Shown in pieces: positions 39,160 through 50,409 of a DNA stretch of 64,000 nucleotides (positions within the stretch are counted from its first letter, which is position 1; every line of letters starts with the position of its first letter). This DNA is from Chiloscyllium plagiosum. Taxonomy: Eukaryota. A program made the translations under genes and the position numbers. The notes under the pieces are model-generated. The model saw nothing but the letters and a program-made list of their open reading frames with translations. It made no database searches and was not told where the DNA came from. The DNA lies in contig NC_057718.1 in assembly GCF_004010195.1 (NCBI RefSeq), positions 39,165,143 through 39,229,142 of the forward strand. The letters run 5' to 3'.

Positions 39160-40140
39160 TTATTCATTCATTTGTGGGATGTTGGCATCACTGGTTGGCC
39201 AGCATTTATTGCCCATCGCTAACTGCCCTTGAGAAGGTGGTGGTGAGCTGCAGTCCACATGCTGTGGATTGAATCACAATGCCCTTAGAGAGGGAATCCT
39301 AGGATTTTGACCCAGCGACAGTGAAGGAATGACAATATATTTCCAGGTCAGGATGGTGAGTGGCTTGGAGGGGACTTTGAAGGTGGTGGTATTCCCATGT
39401 GTCTGATGCCCTTGTTCTTCTAGATGGAAGTGGTTGTGGGTTTGAAGGTGCTGTCTGAGGATCTTTGATGAATTCCTGCACTGCATCTTACAAATACAGG
39501 TAGTTCTGGGATAAAGTGCATTTCAGCAGTGTGATTTGACTATACTGTCACTGAAGAATTAGGGAACAGTATTTTGGAGAACGCTCACCTCCACTGGCAA
39601 TAGCGTGATTCTGACTGGGATTGGTTCGTGTGCTTTGTTCTGCGCATGCACCAATGTCTGTGCCAAATTCTCTGCACCACTCTGCGCATATGCCAGTGTC
39701 CACACTATTCTGCACATGGCCAACAGTGGTGCCAATCTTTGAGCCGATGTCAACTGCTGACAGAGCAGCTTTCTGTGAAAGGTACTGTACAGAGAGCAGC
39801 TTTTTTACATTTTTTAAATGTATTGTGTAAAATTTACTTTTGTTTCGTTAATAAATATGATTTCAACCTTCATTCAGGCTGTATTATATTTTGTGTTAGG
39901 CTTTTGGGCGATTTTTGAGTGATCCTGAGTGAAAGTTTTTGCTGGCCTGGCCCACAGGCCACTTTTCCCACAGGCCCCATTATTTATATTAAGTGGTTTT
40001 CTATTAAGTGAGGTTTTGCTGGAAGGGAACTACAGCATTATAGGAGAACTCCCTGTAGTACACACTGCTGCTCCTGAGCATTGGTGGTGGAAGGCGTGGA
40101 TACTTGTGACATAGTGCCAATCAAGCGGGCTGCTTCAGGC
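39160..40140 (-). mobile_element. LINE (CR1/L2 group, second family) 3' fragment split by a MITE
   Basis: LINE sequence at 39160-39496 resumes at 40056 (GTACACACTGCTGC..CCAATCAAGCGGGCTGC). Confidence 0.7.
39497..40055. mobile_element. Tigger/pogo-type (Tc1-mariner) non-autonomous element, 559 bp
   Basis: TA-CAGGTAGTTCT ... AGAACTCCCTG-TA gives an 11-bp TIR with 1 mismatch and a TA TSD. It cleanly interrupts a LINE. Confidence 0.8.
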
Positions 40141-42010
40141 AGCATTTTACCTAAGGTACCCAGATCTTATCCTCACTATTATAGCATATGGTTCAGAGAA
40201 TGACATTGCACAGCAAGAAGCTCTCCGGTCCATGTTTCTTATAGCTTTGGAAGACCTAATCAATCAATCTCTTCCTTCTTTGTACAGTTGTCCTGCAATG
40301 TTGTCTGTATTCAAATATTTACTCAATTCCCTTTTGAAAGTTTTTTTTGAACCTGCTTCCAGTCCATTCCAGATAACAAGTCAGGGTGTGGAACAGAGTC
40401 GCAACATTCACTTCTCTTTTGACTCTTTTGCCAATTATCTTCAAATCTCTGTCATCTGAATAACAAACCACTTGTACTGTCTTTAAACAGTTAATTCTTA
40501 CTCATCAAAAATTATTATCCATTTAACCTACCTTTAAACTTCTCTGCTCAAAATGGACCAACCAATTATAATTTTTAACACATAAATGAAGCTATTTATA
40601 CTGGTTTAGTTTTAGTAAGCCTTCTCTACATCCTCTCCAAAAGCTTGTTCTCCTTCCCAAAATGTGGTGCCTTGACAGGGTTTAAACCCAATCGATGATT
40701 TCTAATGGTGTGGCCTACCATTCTTACTTTTGTACTCTGTGTCTCTATTTACAAATCCATGTTTTTTTGACAGGATTATCAATCTGTCCAGCCAACAAAG
40801 ATTAATGCATATGAATCTCATTCTTCCTGAAATTATTTTTAGTGGTTATCCTATTAATACATTATTGCATCCATATAAGGCCAGAATTCCAGAACCTTGG
40901 AAAATCACTATTTTAACTGAAACAATTATTTAACACATCTTACTGTATAATTTTAACTTATTTCCAATATCCTGTTGTGTCTTTTTGAGATTTTGCAAAA
41001 AATAAGATTGAAACAGACTGGAATAACTCCTTCCTTTCCTAATGGATTTGTGGTAGAGATAAATCCAGGGCAATTTTCACCTCAGTCATTAACAGTTTAC
41101 CTTTCCTGAATAAATATCATCTATACCTTTTGGTCTTGAGTTTTTTATTCCCACTCAAAGCCTTTAACTGAAATGCACATGGGTCCTAGAAATACAATGC
41201 AAGTGTTAATGCAGATTGTTTTGGAAAATATTTTGAGGTACAAAAGATATCCTCCCTATAGATTTTTCATTTTTTTTCTAATGAAATAATTTCAGAAATT
41301 ACTGAGGCTTTACTGGATGAGGGATTAAGCACGAGTACTCTGTGGATGCACAGTAGGACAGCCATCAAAACTGCAGTTTCCCCAGTGGAACCATTTTTCT
41401 GAATGCATACACTGACCCGTGGAACAATACGTCGGTAAACTGGCCGCTCTTCTGTGATTGATCCAGGAATGGAAACAGAATTTCTGGATCAAATTACCAG
41501 GATTGTACGCCACTGCGGATGTGTACTTCTTTACAGATGAACTTTTTAAAATTTATATTATAAAATGATATAACAAAGAAGAGACTATTCAGGTCAACAA
41601 ACTTTAAAGAGTGTTTATCTTTCATCTTCGAAAGAGCTATCTGATTAGTTCCCCTTCCCTACTTCAAAGTCTTGTAAAGTACTTTTTTCCCCATCAAGTA
41701 TTTGTACTGTTCCCTTCAAACAGTTACTATTTCTTGTATCCTCACCACTCTTCCAGCCAGTGCAATCTTAATCATAAAATCTTGCTCTCTACAAAATAAA
41801 TTCCTCTCTCATCTCTGGTTCTTTTGCCAATTGCCTTAAATCTGTGTCCTCTGGTTACAGGCCTTTCTGCCACCAAAACAGTTTATTTTTATTTTCACTC
41901 TTACAAGCACCTGTACGTTTGAAAATCTCAATCAAATTTTCCTTATCATCCTTTACTCAAAGGAAAACGATGTTAACTTCTCCAGTCTCTGCATCTAATT
42001 GAAATCCCTC

Positions 42011-42115
42011 AAACAAACAAAAAAACAAATTGCTAGAAAAACTCAGCAGGTCTGGCAGCATCTGAGCAGAGAAAATAGAGTGAACGTTTGAGTCCAGTGA
42101 CCCTTGTTCAGAAGC
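42011..42115 (-). mobile_element. Penelope family-B terminal fragment with a degenerate hammerhead
   Basis: Minus strand CTGAACAAGGGTCACTGGACTCAAACGTTCACTC..GATGCTGCCAGACCTGCTGAGTTTTTC. Confidence 0.7.
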
Positions 42116-43633
42116 AGCTGAATTCTTCACACGTGAACTGAGGGCTAATGTCACTCATCACAATTTCAGGCAAGTCATAATGCCTGATATGGTCTTTCAG
42201 ATTTCCACCAGTCTCCCACCAGTATCTGTTGTAAGTCAGATGGTACACTTCCCAGTAGTAAGAATAGTAGTCTATGGTGACAAGGTAATCAGTTGCTGTG
42301 AGAGTGAAGAGGTCACGTCCAGCTTCGTCTATGGCCTCTCTGGGATGTCATGTGTCATCAACGACTTTTTAAGCTTGCTCAGCTTGGGAGTTAGAGTTCT
42401 TAGATTTCATTGCTTATGGTTGACGATTGCCAGCAAACGTTTATCTCGCCTTCCTCAAACGTGATTCAATTTGTAGGTGGCTTGCACAGATGCAAGAATT
42501 TCTTCTCTCATTTCCCCAGAAAGAACTACACTACTCGCTTTGACCAACAGACTTTGAGTTAACAATCTGCCATAGTCTTAATTAATGGCAGAACAGGCTC
42601 GAAGGGCCAAATGGCCTACTCCCACACCTATTTTAATTTTTTAATATTTCTAACATTATATATCAATTGAGGAAGAGTACCAGGTCATTTCCCTCATTTA
42701 TGAATATTTTCATCAACATCTACTTCAAAGAAACAAGTGACAGCCCAGTCAAGTGGCAGGGTGTTTGAGTGGTACTCCAGTTTCCTCTTACAATCCAAAG
42801 ATGTACAGATTAGGTGGATTAGCCATGGGAAATGCAGGGTGATAGGAATATGTTGGGGGGGGGGGGGGAGATCTGGGTGGGATGCACTTCAGAAGATTAG
42901 TGTGGACTCAATGGGCCAAATGGCCTGCTTCCACACTGTAGAGATTCTATGATTCTATGAAACTGCCATCTTGCGTTGTCAATCCATCTCAGTATACACA
43001 ATACCCCTTTTTGTATTTATCCACTCAGGCATGGGTGTCGCTAGCTGGGTCAGCAATTATTGCCTATCCCTAGTTGCCCTCAAGAAGGTGGTGGTGAGCT
43101 GCCTTCTTGAACCACTGCTGTCCATGTGTTGTAGGTAGACCCACAATGCCATTAGGGCAGGAGGCCACTAAAACAGGGTGCTTTTGGGCCATCTTTTCAT
43201 CACTGCTTGCAACAGGTGGAGAATTGTATCTTATTGCTGGATAGTTTGGTTGATTCAAGCAAGGTGCGAGATTCATCTGCTAGATACAATGTTTCTGCTG
43301 AGTTGATGACTTCCAGATCATGTTGAGCAGCTGCTTCAATTGGATCTGAAAGATGTCACATTCTGTTTTTATCACTTTTATCTTCTTTATTGGGAGTGCT
43401 GCTCTTATGTCACAGAAAAATATCTGCTTTCTTTACTTGCACATCACATCCAGATGATGTGTCTGTAACTGGAGTAACATCCTCTGCTAACTCTTTTGAG
43501 CAAAGAGTAGCAGCTTGAGAAAAAAAATGCTTTGACCAGACTTATGTTTGGTTCGGCTGTCACTTGTTTCTTTGAAGTAGATGTTGATGAAAATGTTCAG
43601 AAATAAGGGAAATGACCTAGTGCTCTTTTTCAA
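42116..43633 (-). mobile_element. Gypsy/Ty3 LTR-retrotransposon pol remnant (RNase H to integrase), with younger insertions at ~42570-43170
   Basis: RNase H end QSIF.KLLLFAQKS*QRMLLQLQTHHLDV. Integrase region LMTHDIPERP, DLFTLTATDYLVTIDYYSYYWEV and LPEIVMSDISPQFTCEEF. Confidence 0.8.
42760..42960 (+). mobile_element. HE1-related SINE 3' part
   Basis: TTTCCTC..TCCAAAGATGTACAGATTAGGTGGATTAGCCATG and a (TTCTATGA)n tail. Confidence 0.8.
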
Positions 43634-43644
43634 TCTTAAGACTG

Positions 43645-46215
43645 TTTGGTCTTTGCTTATATCCTTTGATCCCTTTAGCCCCACATGGTTAATTAAACAT
43701 CTTCTTGAAATCATACAATGTTTTGGCTTTGACTGTTTTCTGTGATAGCAAATTCCACAGGCTTACCACTCTCTGGGTGAAGAAATCTCTCCTCATCTCA
43801 GCCCTAATTGATTTATCCAATGTCCTTAGACATGACCTTTGTTATTGGGAACATCCTTCCTGCACCTACCTTGCCAATTGGAACTCCAGTGAATACAATG
43901 CTAATCGATTCAACCTCTCCTCATTATTGACTCCCAACATACCAGGAATCAGTCTGGTAAACCATCACTGCACTCCCTCGAGAACAAGAACATCCCTCCT
44001 CAGATAAGGAGACAAAAACTGCACACTACATTCCAGGTCTGGTCTGTATAACTACAGTAAGTCATCCCTGTTCCTGTACTCGAATCCTCTCTTGCTACAA
44101 AGCCAACATACCATTTGGTTTCTTTACTACCTGTTGCACCTGCATGCTTTACTTCAGTGATTGATGGATGAGGACACCCAGGTCTCCTTGCACATTCCCC
44201 TCTCTCAATGTATAACTATTCAAATAATAATCTGATTGCCTGCTTTTGTTACCAAGGTGTATAACCTCATATTTGTTCACATTACATTCCGTCCGCCATG
44301 CATTTGCCCACTCATTCAGCCTGTGCAACGCACTGAAGCATCTCTGCATCTTCTCACAGCTCTTCTTCCCACTCAGCTTTGAATCATCTGCAAATTTGGA
44401 GACATTACATTTAGTTCCCACATCTAAATCACAAATATATTGTGAATAAATGAAGTTCTAGCACTGAGTTCTAGTGCGGTACCCCACTTATCATTGTCTT
44501 TCACAAAAAAACTCAGTTATTCCTACTCTTTGTTTTCTGTCTGCCAACCAGTTTGCTATCCATCTCAATGCAGTATCCTTATTCCCATGTGCTTTAACTT
44601 TACATATTAAACTCTTATGTGGGATTTTGTTGAAGGCCTTCTGACAGTCCAAACAAACCACATCCACTGGCTCCCCCTCATCAGCTCTACTAGTTATACC
44701 CTCATAGATTTGTCAAGCATGACTTCCCTTTTGTAAGCCCAATTCTTCCACTGTTTCCAAGTGGTCTACTATTAACCTTTTATCATGGATTCTTGCATTT
44801 TCCACACAACCAACATCAAGATGACTGGTCTATAATTCCCAGTTTTCTCTACCTCCTTTATAAAATAGAGGGATTATGTTATCTAACCTCTGATCTGTAG
44901 GAAACATTCTAGATTCCAGAAAATCTTGGAAGATGACCACCAATGAATCCACTATTTCTAGTGGCACTTCCTTAAGTACTCTGAGATGTAGATCACTGGC
45001 TTTCTGTCCCATAAATTTCCCCAGCATCATTTTCCTACTAATACTGATTTCCTTCAGTCCCTCCCTCTCACTAAATCCAGTGTTCCCTGACATTTCTGGT
45101 ATGTTATCTGTATCCTCCTTTGTGAAGACAGAAATGAAATATGAATTTAGCTCATCAGCCATTTCTTTGTTCCACATTATAAATTCCTCTGTTTCTGACT
45201 GGAAGGGGCATACATTAGTTTTCAAGAATCTTTTTCTCATTACATCCCTTGAGAAACTTTTACAGTCAGTTCTTAAGTTTCATGCAAGATTACACTTGCA
45301 ATGTATTTTCCTTTTCTTAATTAATCCCTTTGTCCTCCTTTGCTGAATTCTAAGCTGCTCCCACTCCACAGGTCTGTTTTCTTTCTGGACAATTTATATG
45401 CAGCTTCTTTGGATGTAATGTTATCTCTAATTTACCTTGTGACACATGGTTTGGCCACCTTTCCCATTTTACTTATGCACCTGATAGGAATACAAATTGT
45501 TGCAGTTAACCCATGCACTTTTTGAATGTTTGCCATTGCCTTTTCATTATCATCCCTTTATTTTATGCTCCCCAACCGATGATAGCCAACTTGTGCCTCA
45601 TACCATAATAGCTTCCTCTGTTTAGATTCTGAACTTTAAATCACAGATTCAGCTAGATCACTCTCCATCTTGATAAAGAATTCTATCACAGTACAGTCAC
45701 TCTTCTCCAAGAGGCTTCACTAAATTGCAAGTATTCTTTTCACATTACACTATAGTCTGGGATGGCCTATTCTCTAATTGATTCTTCAATGTATTGGCCC
45801 AGAAAACCATCCCGTGTACACTCCAGGAATTCCTTCTCCACAGTATTGTTGCTGATTTGATTCGCCCAATCTATAGACAGATTAAAGTCACCCATAATTT
45901 CTGATGTTCCTTCACTGCATGCATCACTAATTTTCTGTTCAATGCCATTCCCAACATCGTCCATCATCAGTCTGGGGAGTATGTACAACCCTCAATAATA
46001 TTTTTTGCTCCTTGGTGTTTCATAGCTCTATACAGATTCTATATTGTTGGAGCTAAAATCCTTCCTCACTATTGCATTAATTTCCTCTTTGAATACAATG
46101 CAACTCCATCACCTTTTCCATTTTCCTTGTCCTTCCTAAATGCTGAACACCACCAGATATTCAGTCCCCATCCTTGATCACTCAGCAGTCAAGTCTTTGT
46201 AATCCCAGCTGTATC
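43645..46215 (-). mobile_element. Older CR1 LINE ORF2 fragment (~2.6 kb)
   Basis: IMGDFNLSIDW, KEMADELNSYFISVFT, VLKEVPLEIVDSL and VSKFADDSKL motifs. Confidence 0.9.
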
Positions 46216-46378
46216 ACATTTGTTTTGATTTATTTATGCATTCATTATATGCCAGGTTTTCCAAAAATTGATTAGGTAAGGGAGTTTGTGGTTGAGAAAA
46301 GAAAACCATTTCTTTGTTTTCTTTCAAATGTATTTGATAAGAATGACAAGTTGTCATGCCATTTTTTTTCACAACAAA

Positions 46379-46545
46379 GTCAAGAGTCTGGTGCTGGAAA
46401 AGCACAGCAGGTCAGGCAGCATCCGAGGAGCGGGAGAATCGACGTTGCTTCTCCTGCTCCTCAAATGCTGCCTGACTTGCTGTGCTTTTCCAGCACCACA
46501 CTCTCGATTCTGATCTCCAGCATTTGCAGCCCTCACTTTCTCCTC
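46379..46545 (+). mobile_element. Penelope-derived fold-back element (family A), 167 bp
   Basis: ~60-bp inverted arms plus the CTCCAGCATTTGCAGCCCTCACTTTCTCC tail. 12-bp TSD TTTCACAACAAA at 46367-46378 and 46546-46557. Confidence 0.88.
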
Positions 46546-46581
46546 TTTCACAACAAATTCATGATAATACCAAGAATAGTG

Positions 46582-47655
46582 TAAGACCATAAGACCATAA
46601 GACATAGGAGTGGAAGTAAGGCCATTCGGCCCATCGAGTCCACTCCGCCATTCAATCATGGCTGATGCGCATTTCAGCTCCACTTACCAGCGTTCTCCCC
46701 GTAGCCCTTAATTCCTCTAGACAACAAGAATCTATCAATCTCGGCCTTCAACTGGACTTCATTGAGTTGTAGAAATGAGTTGAGTTGCTATAAATGTGTT
46801 TTGCTTATTGCTGATGTCTTTTCGAAGTGGATTGAAGCCTNNNNNNNNNNNNNNNNNNNNNNNNNNNNNNNNNNNNNNNNNNNNNNNNNNNNNNNNNNNN
46901 NNNNNNNNNNGGACCAAAACTGGACATAGTACTCCAAATGGGGCCTAACCAGAGCTTTATAAAGTCTTAGTATTACATCTCTGCTTTTATATTCCAACCC
47001 TCTTGAGATAAGAGACAACATTGCATTCGCTTTCTTAATCACGGACTCAACCTGCATGTTTACCTTTAGAGAATCCTCGACTAGCATTCCCAGATCCCTT
47101 TGTGCTTTGGCTTTATTAATTTTCTCACCATTTAGTAAGTAGTCTATGCTTTTATTCTTTTTGCCAAAGTGCAAGACCTCGCACTTGCTCACGTTAAATT
47201 CCATTAGCCATTTCCTGGACCACTCTCCCAACCTGTCTAGATCCTTCTGTAGCCTCCCCACTTCCTCAGTACTACCTGCCTGTCCACCTAACTTTGTATC
47301 ATCGGCAAACTTCGCTAGAATGCCCCCGGTTCCCTCATCCAAATCATTAATATATATTGCGAACAGCTGTGGCCCCCGCACTGAACCCTGCGGGACACCG
47401 CTCGTCACCGGCTGCCATTCTGAAAAAGAACCTTTTATCCCAACTCTCTGCCTTCTGTTAGACAGCCAATCCTCAATCCATCCCAGCAGCTCACCTCGAA
47501 CACCATGGGCCCTCACCTTGCTCAGCAGCCTCCAGTGTGGCACCTTATCAAAGGCCTTTTGAAAGTCTAGATAGACCACATCCATTGGGTTTCCCTGGTC
47601 TAACCTACTTGTTACCTCTTCAAAAAATTCCAACAGGTTTGTCAGGCATGACCCC
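46582..47655 (-). mobile_element. Young CR1 LINE fragment (RT core at 46911-47655, tail at 46582-46748), with an N gap and a foreign fragment between them
   Basis: Stop-free RT: VVYLDFQKAFDKVPH, SGVPQGSV and LAKFADDTKLGG. (CATAAGAC)n tail. Confidence 0.9.
46746..46840 (+). mobile_element. Retroviral-type integrase core fragment
   Basis: LQLDFIEL, then after a frameshift CYKCVLLIADVFSKWIEA. This is the first catalytic Asp region of an rve integrase. Confidence 0.65.
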
Positions 47656-48539
47656 CTGTACAAGACAACTAAACTATTGTATTGTGCTAATTCTAAATTG
47701 CAATTGTGCACAATGTGCCAAGCAGTTTGGAAGATTTTCCTGATTTGACATTTATAACTGTCAAAAGATACGCTGCAATTGTTCAAAAAGATCTCAGTAT
47801 CTGGCTTTAAAAATTTGTTGCTTTCCCTATTCTACAATCAAATGTGAGCTAACCCTTTTGTCAAATGTTTGAAACAAAGATTTCAAAATATTGCACTATG
47901 ATTGAACTGGCCCTTTTTATAAAAAAATTCATTCACAGGATGTGTCACTGGCTAGATCAGCATTTACTTTCAATCCTAATTGCCCTTGAGCTGACTGCTT
48001 TCTTGGCCATTTCAGGGGGTGGTTATGAGTCAACCACCTTGCTGTGCATCTGGAGTCACATATAGACCAGGTCAGGTAAGGATGGTAGGTTTCTTTCCCA
48101 ATGATACCCAACTGGGTTTTTACGACAAGTGACGTGGTTTTTACGACAAGTAATGTAATTCCAGATGTTTAATGGAGTTACATGTCACCATCTGCCATTA
48201 TTTAATAATGATTAGATTAGTTCACAATAAACTAAGATGCTGACACACACAGGATCCTGATTTAACTTTATGCCTACTGATTAGTGTGTGCAGGAAGAGA
48301 TCCAAAGAAGGCACGGCTAAGAAAATTTGTGTAGGGGCCAGGATAGCAGTGGTGTGGTCAACAGTTTAGTTATAATCCACAGTAGTAAATTATCTGCTAA
48401 AGTCGTGATTATATATCTTTATGCTTTGATTTTGAAGGCAGCTGTTTATGTAAGGTCCTGCAAATCAATGTGTCTTTTCAGAGTTTCAAACCTACTTTTA
48501 AAGAAGTCTGCACCAGAACCCTTACATCGTTCTGTACCT

Positions 48540-49050
48540 GCACTCGATAAGAGTTTGCCCATTTAGGTTGTTTCTTCCATTCTTTTTCCTACATGTTCAA
48601 CACCACTTATAGTTTGAACTCCATTTGCTGCATATCTGCACCATTCCACAATCTATGCCGTGATTCAGTCGCCTGCAATCATACATGCAACTTGCCATGC
48701 CCTCTAATTTTGCATTATCAGTGAAATTTGATACCTGGCTTTCTGTGCCTGTATCCAAGTTGCTTTAATGAATTGAAAATAAGAACTTGACACAAATTCC
48801 TGGGTGTATTACTAGCTACATGTTGCCATTTGGAGAAAAATCCATTTACTTCTGTTCTCTACATTCCACAAGTCTGCCATCCTTATTTATTCCTGCTTGT
48901 AGTACGGTGTCAGTCCCATAGGACTTATCATAACGGGTGCACTGTATAGAAATAATTTTCAATTTTAAATACATTATATTAATTGCATTTCTTTTGTCAA
49001 TGTGTTCAATAATTTCCTCAGAAAAGGGCACAATTTGATCTTTATAAATC
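48540..49050 (-). mobile_element. Very old CR1 RT relic
   Basis: Degenerate FSEEIIEHIDKRNAINIMYL and KFHDNAKL-like (TTTGCATTATCAGTGAAATTTGA) motifs. Confidence 0.55.
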
Positions 49051-49587
49051 TATACTGACTCTGACTTCAACTGAGAAAGGTGTAAAATCTTGCTGAGCTG
49101 TTCCACCATTTAAGTTCGTGGGGCATTCATGAAACAAGATACTTCAAGAGCAGAAGAGTGTAACAAAATCACTTGGCTCCACGCAGAAAACAATGCCAAC
49201 ATTTACTACACAGCTTGTTGCTATTTTACAGCATATGCTTTCAGCTTTGCAGATTGTCATTCAGTGAGCAACATCAATGGCATGTTCTTAGGGGAATCCT
49301 CAAGTACAGTGTTGCAATGTACGTTTCTAATATCTCTCATTACTGTTCTTACTGCTGCTGTTGTTAAATAAACAATCCAAATGCCAAGTTTCATCAACAC
49401 CTGGTTTCAATGTTTATGGAAATACACAGAGCCAACAGAGACTGAATGCAAATGCAATGCTCTCTACACAAAACAAAGTTGATTTGAGAATTTGTCAGCG
49501 GTGCAGGCATATGACATGAAGAAAAGGAACATATGGATCACCCTTAAGTCACACCAGTATCCTTCTCGTAACTGTTCATGAACAAAT

Positions 49588-49815
49588 GGGAGGGAGCACA
49601 ATGGCTCAGTAGCTAGCACTGCTGTCTCACAGCATCAGGGATGCAGGTTCTCTCCATTTCTGCCTAGTGTTTGGGTTTCCTCCCACGGTCCAAAGCTGTA
49701 CAGGTTAGCTGGATTGGCCATGCTAAATTGTCCATGGATCCATCATGGTAAATGTGCAGTTATGGGGATAGCATAGGGGCTGGGTCCGCACTATAGGGAT
49801 GATATGATTCCATGA
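49588..49815 (+). mobile_element. HE1-related SINE, internally deleted
   Basis: TGGCTCAGTAGCTAGCACTGCTG, GGTTTCCTCCCAC and GGATTGGCCATGCTAAATTG. Confidence 0.8.
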
Positions 49816-50409
49816 AAAGTTCCAAAAAGACATACAATTCCTCCAAATGCAAACATCTGAATCGACCATTTGTTGGAATAAGGTGCCAACTGAATCAAAA
49901 ATACTTATCAGAAAGACACTATACCATTCTTCCTGTAATATATTATATTATTAAATGCAATAATACACCTAATAGTGGTTAGGCATTGCCACAGGATGTC
50001 AGATACAATTACATTATCATTTAGAGACAGAACATAGCACCTTAAACATTGCAATCAAAACTATTTTCAAAATGCATGGTTTCCATGGAACCATGTATTT
50101 TTGATGAATGGGTTTCCATAAAGAAACACTGAGGGGTAACTGTAACTGAATCAGAATAGCAGGAATAGGATGGGTGTTACCACAGAATAATTATCACATC
50201 ACTATGACACAGCGTTCCTACTCTGATGTCCTTCAGACACCAGGATGGATCCACGAACTTACAAAAATCAAGACTTTATGATTAAATTTAGATTTAGATT
50301 GAGACTTGATTATTACTCTAGGTTTGATGTTATTTTAGCATGAAATCACTGTGATTCCATCCAGTACACCTCTTCTGACTCTTTTTGGGGGCCTAATCCT
50401 ATCAGGCTT

